A DNA stretch of 60,788 nucleotides. Source: Arcobacter nitrofigilis (lineage in GTDB: Bacteria; Campylobacterota; Campylobacteria; Campylobacterales; Arcobacteraceae). The position numbers and the translations under genes were made by a program. The stretch covers positions 1 through 60,788 of the forward strand of contig DYJR01000001.1 in the NCBI GenBank assembly GCA_020723015.1. The letters are read 5' to 3'. Below the pieces are notes generated by a model. The model was not told where the DNA came from, ran no database searches, and saw only the letters and a list, made by a program, of their open reading frames with translations. Below, one piece after another: positions 28,134-38,040 of this stretch; the first letter of the stretch is position 1; each line of letters begins with the position of its first letter.

Positions 28134-29866
28134 TATCTACCCTTTCCTTTTGATGAACCACCGTCAGCTTCATTAAGTAATAGTGAAATCATATTTGCTA
28201 TATCTTGAGGCTTTGTATGTATTTGCTTATCCAAATCTTCTATCAAAACCTCATACTTGGCAGCAGACTCTTCGTCCAATCCTTGAAGATTATTCATAAT
28301 CTGACTTTTGACTTTTAGTTTTAATCTGTTATGAGCACTATTTTGGTCAAATTCTTCCTCAAAATTATAATCTTCAGGTACGTGTGCACTACTAGAACCT
28401 CCTCTTGAAGATTGACTTCTAGAAGCTCCTGAGCTATCACCCAAAACTACGACTTCATGATTGGCAATAAATTTCTTATAAAATACGAACAGTATAACTG
28501 CGGCTATTATATACTGTATATATTCTCCAAATTCTTTGAGAATACTTTTAACCATAGCCGTAGAATCAACCGGATTACCCGCAACATCCACCGGTTGTCC
28601 ATCTTCACCCACTGCACCGCCTGCTTTTGCAACGATAAACCTAAAATCTTTTATTGATACGTTATCTCCACGTTTTTCATTGTATCCGACTGCATCTTGA
28701 ACTATACTTTTCATAGAATTTGTAAACTCTTCTTTATTTACATTTTCTTCTAAAATAGCAGAGTCAAACGTCACGGCAGCACTTATACGAGTCAAAGTAC
28801 CAAAACCGTTATCTTTTTTACTTACTATTTTTTTACTTATTTCATAATTAGTAGTAGTTTGAGTCTCTTCGGTAGAGCTTTTAACAGCCATAGCATTTGC
28901 ATCGTTATTTGGGTCTTGAATATTACTTTGTACTCCTGGAACTCCACCGGCAGCATTATCTTTACCTTGTGTTTGACTTGAGGTCTCATTTGTTTGTTGA
29001 CTTCTAATAGTTCCCTCAGGGTCATAAATCTCTTCATGACTCTCAAACTTTGTATAATCTAAATCAACATTTACCTTTGCTACAACCCTACCTGTACCGA
29101 CGAAAGGTTCAAGTAACGCAATAATTTTTTCTTCATAATCTTTTTCTACTTTTTTCTTGTAATCAGACTGGGTTTTAAATAATTGATTTTCCTCTTCGGA
29201 AGCAGATTTCTCGAGTAATGCACCGTCTTGGTCTATAAGATTAATATTTTCCGGTGTCAAATCTGTAACGGCAGAAGCAATGAAATTTTTGATACCGTCG
29301 ATTTGTTTTTGAGTCAAAAACATACCGTTTCTAAGACTAAGTACGGCTGAAGCACTAGGAAGAGCTTTTTGTTCCGTAAATATAGTTTGTTTAGGAAGAG
29401 CTATTTTCACACTCGCTCTTAAAACTCCGCTCAAAGATTCCAAAGATCTTCCAAGCTCACCCTCTAATGCCCTTAAATACTTCACTTGATTTTCAAAATT
29501 AGTAGTTCCTAAAGATGATTTTTCAAATAGTTCCCAACCGGTATGTGTAGAACTCCCTGAATCACTCGTAATAAGTTTAATTTTTGCTATATTAATAAAG
29601 TCTTTACTAGTTTTGATTGTCAAATCATTACCCGTACCGACAATAGCAAACGGGATATTGGAACCTTCAAGTTCACTACTAGCAAGCATAACTTGACTTT
29701 TTGTAAGATTTGTTGCCACCGTATAATTAAGTTTTTCACTCTCTGCTTTGAAACTAGAATATACCAAAAGACCTATTAAAAAAATAAAAAGTAAAGAAAA
29801 CCCACCTACAACAACAGCACGTTGAGCAGGATTAAGTCCGTTAATAAATTTTAAAAGTTGTTCCAT
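28133..29866 (-). CDS. fliF: MS-ring protein FliF
   Basis: GWELFE, RALEGEL, SASAVL, GGVPGVQSN, RGD; two TM segments. Confidence 0.96.
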   Translation of the reverse strand: MEQLLKFINGLNPAQRAVVVGGFSLLFIFLIGLLVYSSFKAESEKLNYTVATNLTKSQVMLASSELEGSNIPFAIVGTGNDLTIKTSKDFINIAKIKLITSDSGSSTHTGWELFEKSSLGTTNFENQVKYLRALEGELGRSLESLSGVLRASVKIALPKQTIFTEQKALPSASAVLSLRNGMFLTQKQIDGIKNFIASAVTDLTPENINLIDQDGALLEKSASEEENQLFKTQSDYKKKVEKDYEEKIIALLEPFVGTGRVVAKVNVDLDYTKFESHEEIYDPEGTIRSQQTNETSSQTQGKDNAAGGVPGVQSNIQDPNNDANAMAVKSSTEETQTTTNYEISKKIVSKKDNGFGTLTRISAAVTFDSAILEENVNKEEFTNSMKSIVQDAVGYNEKRGDNVSIKDFRFIVAKAGGAVGEDGQPVDVAGNPVDSTAMVKSILKEFGEYIQYIIAAVILFVFYKKFIANHEVVVLGDSSGASRSQSSRGGSSSAHVPEDYNFEEEFDQNSAHNRLKLKVKSQIMNNLQGLDEESAAKYEVLIEDLDKQIHTKPQDIANMISLLLNEADGGSSKGKGR

Positions 29867-30267
29867 TAATTTTTACCTGAAGAATCTATTACTAACCTAA
29901 ACAATGCCGAATCCTTTTTAATTGCTGCTTGAAGTGCTTGAAAAACCATATTATTTTTTGCCATCTCACTCATTTCTCTGTCCAAACTAACATTATTGCC
30001 GTCATTTTGAACTTGTAGATTATCTACTTCATAAACTTTATTTTCTTTTGATGCTATATTATTCTGCGGTATTATATGGTTATGGTTAGTAATTTTCATC
30101 GGAAGCTGATTGTTTTTCACGGTGGATAGTTCATCGGCAAAAGATAAATCTTTTGTTTTATAACCCGGTGTATCACGGTTTGCTATATTACTAGATATTA
30201 TATTTTGTCTATCTGCTCTATAACTCAAGTTTTTAAACAGCTCTGCACTTACACTACTAGCTTCCAT
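29866..30267 (-). CDS. flgB: Rod protein FlgB
   Basis: SNIANRDTPGYK, DGNNVSLDREM. Confidence 0.96.
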   Translation of the reverse strand: MEASSVSAELFKNLSYRADRQNIISSNIANRDTPGYKTKDLSFADELSTVKNNQLPMKITNHNHIIPQNNIASKENKVYEVDNLQVQNDGNNVSLDREMSEMAKNNMVFQALQAAIKKDSALFRLVIDSSGKN

Positions 30268-30284
30268 GTTAACCTACCGTTTCA

Positions 30285-31004
30285 TTACGTCGGTCTTCCG
30301 ACTTTATCTACTAAACTCTCACTAAGTTGACTCATCCCCTCAATAACCTTTTGAGATTGTCCCATTCTTCTATGTGCATCAATAAGAGCTATCATTGAAG
30401 TAACACTGTTTACGTTTGATTTTTCCAATGCACCTTGCACTATAAAACCATCATTAATAGCAACATTATCCAATAAAAAATCATTTTTGGCAATATAATT
30501 GTTATCACCCATTTTTTCCAAATTAGATATCGGTGTTTTTACAATGCCAAGCTGCAAAGCAATGTTCTCACTATCAGCGGCTATAGGTTCATTTTGTGCA
30601 TTCAAAACTTCATACCCGTTTTTTGAAACGAGTTTATTATCTAAATTGTGAAACGTACCGTCACGAGTATACACTATATCACCGTTTGGATCTTTAAGCT
30701 TGAAAAACGTATCTTTATTCTTCAAAGCAAAATCCAACGTATTCCCAGTCTGAACTATTGCTCCGGTACTTCCATCGATATAATTTTCATAAAGTTTAGG
30801 CATAGTATTCGTAACCGAATCTATGGCAGTAGGAGTAAAACCTTTCTCAGAAGCCTCTTTTAAATAATTGTTAAAAGTACCCTCAACAACACCCTCTTGC
30901 TTAAATCCCGTAGTATTCACGTTTGCAAGATTATGTGATATTTTATCAAGTCTATTAAACTGATTAATCATAGAAGCCGATAACTGATGAACTGCTTTAT
31001 TCAT
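30285..31004 (-). CDS. flgF: Rod protein FlgF (FlgG2-type)
   Basis: NLANVNTTGFK, YTRDG, LEKSNV. Confidence 0.8.
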   Translation of the reverse strand: MNKAVHQLSASMINQFNRLDKISHNLANVNTTGFKQEGVVEGTFNNYLKEASEKGFTPTAIDSVTNTMPKLYENYIDGSTGAIVQTGNTLDFALKNKDTFFKLKDPNGDIVYTRDGTFHNLDNKLVSKNGYEVLNAQNEPIAADSENIALQLGIVKTPISNLEKMGDNNYIAKNDFLLDNVAINDGFIVQGALEKSNVNSVTSMIALIDAHRRMGQSQKVIEGMSQLSESLVDKVGRPT

Positions 31005-31016
31005 AACTTCACCTTA

Positions 31017-31925
31017 CTATTTATTAAACTCTGCAATAAGAGCTTCTAAATCATCACCGCCGACAAGGTCGGAGTTGGCGTCACCGTGTATGTGTTTTGC
31101 TACGGCAACTTCTTTGTGGCTACCGTCATCTTCAAAAAGATTATTCAGATAACCGGATAATTTTCGTATAACTGCCATAACTCTTTCTATTTTTTGTCTG
31201 TTAATATCATGAAACTGCATCAATTCCATCGCCTCAAATAACTGCATATTTTCGGCATCAACTTTTGACTTAATTACTTTAATGCTATCTTTTAAAGCAA
31301 CTGCAGATTGGTGGTTTGCTTGAAATACGCCTATATTTGGAAATTTAGCAGACAACGCCTGCATTAAAGCAATTTGTTTGTTTAAAAACTCGTCAATTTT
31401 TTTAGACTCTTGTTGTATTACGTTATTTTCATCTAATATAAAACTCAAAACATCAAAAATTTTAGATGCTTTCTCTTCACTATCGTTTGCCACTTCACTT
31501 AGCTGATTAATAGGCTTATGATCCTTCGTCACAGGATAAGGGAAAATACCCTCCTCGACTTTTTTCGATGCCCATGAACTTGCAAGCTTCTCAATCTCTT
31601 CGTCATTGTCCACGATAATCTCTTTTTTCGGTTTACTTTCAGCCGCTTTCGGTTTTTCTTCAACTTTTGGAGGAGTATTATCCGTAATACCGCCTATCGA
31701 TGCAAGCATTGCTTCAATATCGTCATCACTAACCTCACTGTTTGAATTTGTAGCTTCTACTACCTCTTCATTTTTTGTTTGATTTATCAAACTTTCTATA
31801 TCATCTGCAGACAACGTACCTTGTGAATCCTCTTCAACGACAGGAGTCGATTCTTGCGTATCATCGTCACCGCCCAAATCAATACCGTTCATTAAAGCTT
31901 CTATTTCTTCTTGACTCATACTCAT
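31017..31925 (-). CDS. cheZ: Campylobacterota-type CheZ phosphatase
   Basis: QFHDINRQKIERV (DxxxQ), C-terminal DLEALIAEF; directly after cheY. Confidence 0.8.
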   Translation of the reverse strand: MSMSQEEIEALMNGIDLGGDDDTQESTPVVEEDSQGTLSADDIESLINQTKNEEVVEATNSNSEVSDDDIEAMLASIGGITDNTPPKVEEKPKAAESKPKKEIIVDNDEEIEKLASSWASKKVEEGIFPYPVTKDHKPINQLSEVANDSEEKASKIFDVLSFILDENNVIQQESKKIDEFLNKQIALMQALSAKFPNIGVFQANHQSAVALKDSIKVIKSKVDAENMQLFEAMELMQFHDINRQKIERVMAVIRKLSGYLNNLFEDDGSHKEVAVAKHIHGDANSDLVGGDDLEALIAEFNK

Positions 31926-31958
31926 ATTAAAACCTTTAATTAATTACTGGATAACAAC

Positions 31959-32330
31959 TTACTTCTTCATAACCCCATCAAGTTTTTCCTTAAGAACTTC
32001 TGCACTAAAAGGTTTAACGATATAGTTATTAACTCCTGCTTTCAACGCAGTAACAACTTCGGCTTTTCCACCTTCGGTAGTAATCATAATGATAGGTACC
32101 TTAGTATGAGAACCTTCAGCCCTTATTTTCTGAACCAACTCAAGACCGTTCATATTCGGCATATTCCAGTCGGTCAATACTAAATCATACTGCCCCTCGC
32201 TAAGGAGCTTCCATGCTTTTAGGCCATCCTCAGCCTCATCAAAATCACTTTTACTAAATCCTAATTGCATTACAACGTTACCGATTATTCTTCTCATTGT
32301 AGAGCTATCATCAACAATTAAAATCTTCAT
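31959..32330 (-). CDS. cheY: Chemotaxis response regulator CheY
   Basis: VDDSSTMRRII, DWNMP, YIVKPF. Confidence 0.95.
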   Translation of the reverse strand: MKILIVDDSSTMRRIIGNVVMQLGFSKSDFDEAEDGLKAWKLLSEGQYDLVLTDWNMPNMNGLELVQKIRAEGSHTKVPIIMITTEGGKAEVVTALKAGVNNYIVKPFSAEVLKEKLDGVMKK

Positions 32331-32451
32331 TAAACTACCTTTGTTTTTAAAACTTTGTAGTTATTATAATAAAAAGCATTTGAATTTATCCTTAAACACT
32401 ATATATTTAAAAGATGAAATTCTTTTAATCAACTTTTAACTTTGTATTAAA

Positions 32452-32457
32452 TATAAT
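32452..32457 (+). promoter_or_regulatory. Putative -10 box for flgG in the divergent cheY/flgG region
   Basis: TATAAT 40 nt upstream of flgG; an opposite-strand TATAAT at 32363..32368 could serve cheY; region is very AT-rich. Confidence 0.45.
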
Positions 32458-32497
32458 AAGAGAATTAATATACTTAATGTTATAAAAAGGAGAGCTT

Positions 32498-33286
32498 ATG
32501 ATAAGGGGTTTATATACTGCAGCTTCTGGTATGCTAGCGATGCAAACGCAAATTGACGTTACGTCAAACAACATATCTAACGTAAATACAACCGGATTCA
32601 AAAAAGATAGAGCAGAATTTCAAGACCTTATGTATGAGGCCCTAAACTACACCGGCGGTGCAACGTCCGACATAAGCAGGAATCCTACAGGCATAGACGT
32701 AGGTATGGGGGTTAGGGTATCCGGTATCCAAAAAGCTTTTTTACAAGGTAACTTCAAACAAACCGGAAATGACCTAGATATTGCCATAGAGGGGAAAGGT
32801 TTTTTTCAAATCACCTTGCCAAACGGTGAACCTGCATATACTAGAAACGGTGCTTTTAAAGTTGATGATGAGGGGGCAATAGTGAACGGTCAAGGCTATA
32901 GACTTGAACCTGAAATAGTCATTCCGGAAAACTTGACAAATTTATCGATAGCACTTGACGGAACGGTATCTGCGATGAATCCCACAACCGGTGCTACTGA
33001 AGTTTTAGGGCAAATAACTATTGTAGACTTTATTAATCCTGCAGGTTTAAGTCCGTACGGAGACACTTTATTTATAGAAAGTGAAGCATCAGGTGCACCT
33101 ATAAAAGGTATACCTACCGTTGATGCATTCGGTAGCCTTAGACAAGGTATGATTGAGTCATCAAACGTTGCTTTGGTAAACGAGATGGTTGACTTGATTA
33201 CGGCACAGCGTGCTTATGAAGCCAATTCAAAAGCCATAACTACTACGGATGATATGTTAGATATAGTAAATAGATTAAAAAGGTAA
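32498..33286 (+). CDS. flgG: Distal rod protein FlgG
   Basis: MIRGLYTAASGM, RAEFQDLMY, AQRAYEANSK. Confidence 0.97.
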   Translation: MIRGLYTAASGMLAMQTQIDVTSNNISNVNTTGFKKDRAEFQDLMYEALNYTGGATSDISRNPTGIDVGMGVRVSGIQKAFLQGNFKQTGNDLDIAIEGKGFFQITLPNGEPAYTRNGAFKVDDEGAIVNGQGYRLEPEIVIPENLTNLSIALDGTVSAMNPTTGATEVLGQITIVDFINPAGLSPYGDTLFIESEASGAPIKGIPTVDAFGSLRQGMIESSNVALVNEMVDLITAQRAYEANSKAITTTDDMLDIVNRLKR

Positions 33287-33300
33287 GTAAAATTTAGTCA

Positions 33301-33744
33301 ATGAATTTAGAAGAGCTAAAAAAGAGAAGAGAAGAGAATTTTTTACGTCATAAAAAGAAAAAAAGAGAATACTATCTCAAAAAGAAATTGCAACTTGAAA
33401 GTCATGAATCGGGTATGGAAAAAAGAAAAACTATCGATTATGATAAAGAGTTAAACAATTTAAGCTTTGAAGATTTTGCCTCAAAGCTTAAAGAAATAGC
33501 AAAAAAACAAAAATCTCACATAGATGACAGAAAAGAGATTATAGTAGCAAAAATTAAAGAGTATAGGAAAAAAAAACAAGCTTATTATCAAGAAAATAAA
33601 GATAAAAGACTAGAATATGACAAAGAGTACAGAGAAAAGAAAAAACAAGAATTAAAAGAATATAGGAAAGAGTACTATAAAAAAAATAAAGAGAAAATTT
33701 TAGCCAAACAAAAAGCAAAACGAGAAGAACTAAAATTAAAATAG
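33301..33744 (+). CDS. Hypothetical highly charged K/E/R/Y helical protein
   Basis: Repeated EY(Y/R)xK motifs; fills the gap between flgG and the next gene. Confidence 0.75.
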   Translation: MNLEELKKRREENFLRHKKKKREYYLKKKLQLESHESGMEKRKTIDYDKELNNLSFEDFASKLKEIAKKQKSHIDDRKEIIVAKIKEYRKKKQAYYQENKDKRLEYDKEYREKKKQELKEYRKEYYKKNKEKILAKQKAKREELKLK

Positions 33745-33754
33745 GAAAAGTTTA

Positions 33755-34894
33755 GTGGCAAACGACGAAGAAAATAAACAACCGGTAGAACCTTTAGAGA
33801 GTGAATCGAACTCTGCGGAAATAAAAACTGACGAACAAAGTGATTCTAAACAAAACGGTACGAAAGTTGTTGTTAAAGGGGATGTACCACAAAACGACAA
33901 TCTGGATAATTTACTTGATGAAAGTGAAAATTTAACCCAAAAAAAAGCTAAAAAATTAAACAAAGTATTGATAATAGTCATTGGAGTATTGATAGGATTA
34001 CTTTTAATAGGTGTCATTTTATTCTTCAGCGGAGTGTTTGATGCTAAAGAAGTAGTTACCCACCCTTCTTCGACCGAACAACAAAACCCTACTCAAGCCA
34101 CTGACGGCACTACGACGACGAACCAACCTGTCGAAGTATCAATTCCTACCTATGAATTTAAAACTACGGATATAAATATTCCTAGACTTAACAAAAAACT
34201 TCAAGCGTTGATAGATGCTCCTATACAACAAGACGACAAAGCAGAAGATACTATACAAACGGCACAAGAGAGTACGGATAAACCGTTAGAAAACTCCTTT
34301 TATGATGAAGAATTGGAAGCATTGTTCCCAAAAGATGAGCAAAATGTCCCTTTAGTTAAAGAGCCTGATATTATTGCAACTACGGAACCGACTCAAGATA
34401 AATTAAACGATATTGAAACTCAAACAACCAAAGAACAACCGGTAACCAAACAAGAAGAGTTACAAGATAATAAACAGGTAAAAGAAGAAAATTTAGTCGT
34501 AACTAAGCAAAATGAAGTTCCTATTACTAGTGATGGTGTTATCACCGTCGAGAACAAATCACAAGATATCGTAGCAAAAAATGATACAAAAGATAATCAC
34601 ACCGTCAAGGATGAGAAGAATGGGAAACATTTCCTAAAATTTATACAGGTAGCTACACTTAAGTATAAGCTTTATACACAGTTTTTGCGTGAAATAAAAG
34701 CCGTCGACGCAAGAATATCTATATGCCAAAACGATAGCGGAAGAATTCAAATCTTTATAGGTCCATTTTTGGACGATAAACAACGCTCGTTTGTAATTGA
34801 ACAAATCAATCAAAGCGTTGTAAACGACGCATTTGGGTTGGAATTCACCCAAGAAGAGTATTTTAGAAGATGTGGGATAAAAGACCCTAGCTAA
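33755..34894 (+). CDS. Membrane-anchored protein with C-terminal SPOR-like domain
   Basis: Single TM, acidic linker, FIQVA...IFIGPF...DAF pattern; GTG start. Confidence 0.65.
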   Translation: MANDEENKQPVEPLESESNSAEIKTDEQSDSKQNGTKVVVKGDVPQNDNLDNLLDESENLTQKKAKKLNKVLIIVIGVLIGLLLIGVILFFSGVFDAKEVVTHPSSTEQQNPTQATDGTTTTNQPVEVSIPTYEFKTTDINIPRLNKKLQALIDAPIQQDDKAEDTIQTAQESTDKPLENSFYDEELEALFPKDEQNVPLVKEPDIIATTEPTQDKLNDIETQTTKEQPVTKQEELQDNKQVKEENLVVTKQNEVPITSDGVITVENKSQDIVAKNDTKDNHTVKDEKNGKHFLKFIQVATLKYKLYTQFLREIKAVDARISICQNDSGRIQIFIGPFLDDKQRSFVIEQINQSVVNDAFGLEFTQEEYFRRCGIKDPS

Positions 34895-35510
34895 GCCAGT
34901 TTGCTACTATATAGTCTTTTGAAAATAGTGACGTTTTAAGCATTGCACTTTGAGCTACGCCGACTAATTCACGTGATGCTTTTTGTAAATCGTCATTGAT
35001 AATAATATAATCGTATTTATTTATACTTTCTACTTCTATAACTGCATTTTTGATTCTTTTTTCGATAACATCATTATTATCCGTAGCTCTTGAATAAAGC
35101 CTAGTTTTTAAAACTTCCAAACTAGGAGTAGTAATAAAAACAGATGTAACATATTTACTTAACTCCGATTTTTTTACGATATCTTGACCTTGTACATCTA
35201 TATCAAATATAACAAGCTTATTCTCACCAAGAGCGTTTAAAATAGGTTTTAATGAAGTACCGTAATAATTCCCGTGAACTTCCGCATATTCCAAAAATTC
35301 ACCGTTTTTTATACCCTCTTCAAACTGCTCTTTTGTAACAAAAAAGTAGTCCAGACCATCTTTTTCACCTACTCTCGGTGCACGTGTAGTTGTAGATATG
35401 GAAAAGTAATATTTATCTATGCTTTTATATAACTCTTTAAGTAATGTAGATTTACCGCAACCGCTTGGACCTGACAGGATTAAAATAGCCCCGCTTTCTA
35501 AACTTATCAA
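34887..35510 (-). CDS. gmk: Guanylate kinase
   Basis: SGPSGCGKST, STTTRAPRVGE, NYYGT. Confidence 0.97.
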   Translation of the reverse strand: MISLESGAILILSGPSGCGKSTLLKELYKSIDKYYFSISTTTRAPRVGEKDGLDYFFVTKEQFEEGIKNGEFLEYAEVHGNYYGTSLKPILNALGENKLVIFDIDVQGQDIVKKSELSKYVTSVFITTPSLEVLKTRLYSRATDNNDVIEKRIKNAVIEVESINKYDYIIINDDLQKASRELVGVAQSAMLKTSLFSKDYIVANWLS

Positions 35511-36271
35511 TTCTCTTCCTTTAACTTTAACATTAACGTAATCTCTTTACCTTCAGTCAAAGAGTCTATCGCACTTTGATTAAGTTTCTTCAATAACGGT
35601 TTTAATTCATCTAAATTATACTGTGACAAAATAAGTTTTATGGGTTTATTTTCAAGGAACTCATATACCTTAACTTCTTCCAATGCTTTATCTATAATCT
35701 CAGATAAATCAAGCCAATCACCTTCATCCAAATCATCTATAGTCGTAGGCTCTTTTTTAATATCAAGCAATGTTTTTATTTTCGATAACTCTGCACTATC
35801 TAAAACTCCGCCTTGCTTAATAGTAGGTTTTTGAATAATAGATTCATCTGTTTCTATTTCAATATCACTAGCAATATCTTCAACTAAAGAGTCTAAATAA
35901 CTTACCGTATTTTGCGTTTCATAATCATTTATAAACTGCTTAGTAGTTTCTCTTTTTCTCTCAAATCTTATCTTTTCTAATTGTTCACTCAAAATAGTAA
36001 TAAGTTGAGTAGGTAAAAAAGGTCTATTTATAACAAAATCTTTAGCCTTTTCAAAAGGCAACGGCTCACCTGTAATTGCACCTAATTTTTTGCTATATTG
36101 TTTGATTATATTAAATCTATCGTCTATAAAATAATGGTCAAGAACTATAATATCATATCTATCGGTTATCTGCGTATCTTCTTGAATAATAAGGTCTAAC
36201 TCTAACTTCTTACAAACCAGAGTAAAAACTTTTTTTATAATATCTTCTTGTGTAACTAATAGTAACTTCAT
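35507..36271 (-). CDS. ChePep-like acidic protein with degenerate receiver domain
   Basis: MKLLLV start, RPFLPT motif, acidic centre; directly upstream of gmk as for C. jejuni Cj1178c. Confidence 0.6.
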   Translation of the reverse strand: MKLLLVTQEDIIKKVFTLVCKKLELDLIIQEDTQITDRYDIIVLDHYFIDDRFNIIKQYSKKLGAITGEPLPFEKAKDFVINRPFLPTQLITILSEQLEKIRFERKRETTKQFINDYETQNTVSYLDSLVEDIASDIEIETDESIIQKPTIKQGGVLDSAELSKIKTLLDIKKEPTTIDDLDEGDWLDLSEIIDKALEEVKVYEFLENKPIKLILSQYNLDELKPLLKKLNQSAIDSLTEGKEITLMLKLKEEN

Positions 36272-36966
36272 TTTATTTGTACTAACCTTTGATTTTCTAA
36301 TCTATATACCTTACCACACTTAAAAGCTAAATCCATCTCGTGGGTAACCAATACCATAGCTCCGCTAGATAACTTTATATATTCAAATAAGGCATCAAAC
36401 ACAATATTTGCAGTCTCTTTATCAAGATTACCGGTGGGTTCATCTGCAAATATAATTTTTGGTTTTTTTGTCAAAATTCTTGCTATTGAGAGCCTTTGTT
36501 GCTGTCCACCGGATAGTGTACCGACATTTTGATTTATAACAAAATCAATATGCAACAATTTTAACAAATCTTCATCAATCTTAGCATTATTTAAAATACT
36601 AGATATTTCTAAATTTTCTTTGGCGTTAAAACCTCTAAATAAATAGTGTGTTTGAAATATTATGCCAAAATATTCTCTTCTTATCTTTAAAATATCTTCG
36701 TTTTTTGAAGAATATATAGATTTATTTTGGAATTTAACTTCACCGCCGTTTGGTTTAAGTAGTGTCGATAATATGTTGAGTAACGTTGATTTACCGCAAC
36801 CGCTACTTCCTACTATTGCTACGGAATCACCTTTATAAATATTTAAACATATATCATGAAAAAGTGGATAGTCGAAATTATGAGATATATTTACAGCCTC
36901 CAAAAGGGGCTGTAAATCATTTGAAAATGTGATATGATTGCTGTTTGAATTTAATTCAACATTCAT
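36268..36966 (-). CDS. ABC ATP-binding protein (LolD-like)
   Basis: GSSGCGKST, LSGGQQQR, ADEPTGNLD. Confidence 0.92.
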   Translation of the reverse strand: MNVELNSNSNHITFSNDLQPLLEAVNISHNFDYPLFHDICLNIYKGDSVAIVGSSGCGKSTLLNILSTLLKPNGGEVKFQNKSIYSSKNEDILKIRREYFGIIFQTHYLFRGFNAKENLEISSILNNAKIDEDLLKLLHIDFVINQNVGTLSGGQQQRLSIARILTKKPKIIFADEPTGNLDKETANIVFDALFEYIKLSSGAMVLVTHEMDLAFKCGKVYRLENQRLVQIK

Positions 36967-36989
36967 AATTTAACATTTAAAATTACTTA

Positions 36990-38039
36990 TTAACCAAGTT
37001 GAGCAGCAACTTCAGAAGCAAAGTCAGTTACTTCTTTTTCTATACCTTCACCAAGCTCAAATCTTATATAATCAACAAGTTTAATTGAAGCATCAGTATC
37101 TGCGATAGCTTGTTCAACTGTTTTTTTATCATCCATAACATACGCTTGTGATAAAAGAGCATATCTTTGATCAAGTGGAGTATTATCAGTGATAAATCTT
37201 TCTATTTGACCAGGAAGAATTTTGTCCCAAATTTTTTCCGGTTTACCGCTAGCTTTTAATTCTTCTTTCAAGTTAGCTTCAACTTCTGCCATAATTGCAG
37301 GAGTCAGTTGTGATTTACTTACGAACTCAGGAACTCTTTTTAGAGGTTTTTTAAGTCTTGCAAGTTCTTCGTTTTCTTTTTCAACTTCAGCTCTAATAGC
37401 TAAAAGCTCTTTTTGTACGAATTCAGGATCAAGTTCGGTATAGCTTATAACAGTCGGTTTCATAGCACTTGCATGCATTGCTATGCTTTTTAATAAAGCA
37501 ACCGTTTTTTCTTTAGCTTCAGGTGCACAAGTTGCACTCAAAATAACACCTACTCTACCGTTTGTGTGAACATAACCGTTTACAACGCCGCCTTCAGTAG
37601 AAACCGTTACCATTTTTCTAGCTACTAGATTTTCACCTATCGTAGCTATTTTTGTTTTCATAAACTCTTCGAAAACAACACCGTTAATTGTAGTTTTCAT
37701 TAATTCTTCAGTTTCACTTACACCTGTTGCTTGAACGTGTGCAGTTATCTCTTTAGTTAAATTGATAAAACCTTCATTTTTTGCAACGAAGTCGGTTTGT
37801 GAATTTACTTCAGTCATAGTTGCTTTTGTGAAATCATCATTTACTATAATAGTAATAAGACCTTCAGCAGCTACGTTTCCTGCTTTTTTAGCAGCTTTAC
37901 CAAGACCGGCTTCTCTTAGCTTATCTATAGCAAGCTCCATATTTCCGTCAGTTTCGCTAAGAGCTTTTTTACAGTCCATCATCCCTGCACCTGTAGCTTC
38001 TCTTAGTTCTTTAACCATTTGTGCCGTAATTTCTGCCAT
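36990..38039 (-). CDS. tsf: Elongation factor Ts
   Basis: VKELREATGAGMMDCKKAL, TDFVAKN. Confidence 0.98.
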   Translation of the reverse strand: MAEITAQMVKELREATGAGMMDCKKALSETDGNMELAIDKLREAGLGKAAKKAGNVAAEGLITIIVNDDFTKATMTEVNSQTDFVAKNEGFINLTKEITAHVQATGVSETEELMKTTINGVVFEEFMKTKIATIGENLVARKMVTVSTEGGVVNGYVHTNGRVGVILSATCAPEAKEKTVALLKSIAMHASAMKPTVISYTELDPEFVQKELLAIRAEVEKENEELARLKKPLKRVPEFVSKSQLTPAIMAEVEANLKEELKASGKPEKIWDKILPGQIERFITDNTPLDQRYALLSQAYVMDDKKTVEQAIADTDASIKLVDYIRFELGEGIEKEVTDFASEVAAQLG

Positions 38040-38040
38040 C

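Noticed and set aside
1030-33286. Absence of fliM, fliP/Q, flgH/I/K, fliD and flagellins
   Set aside because: Probably encoded elsewhere; absence cannot be judged from one window
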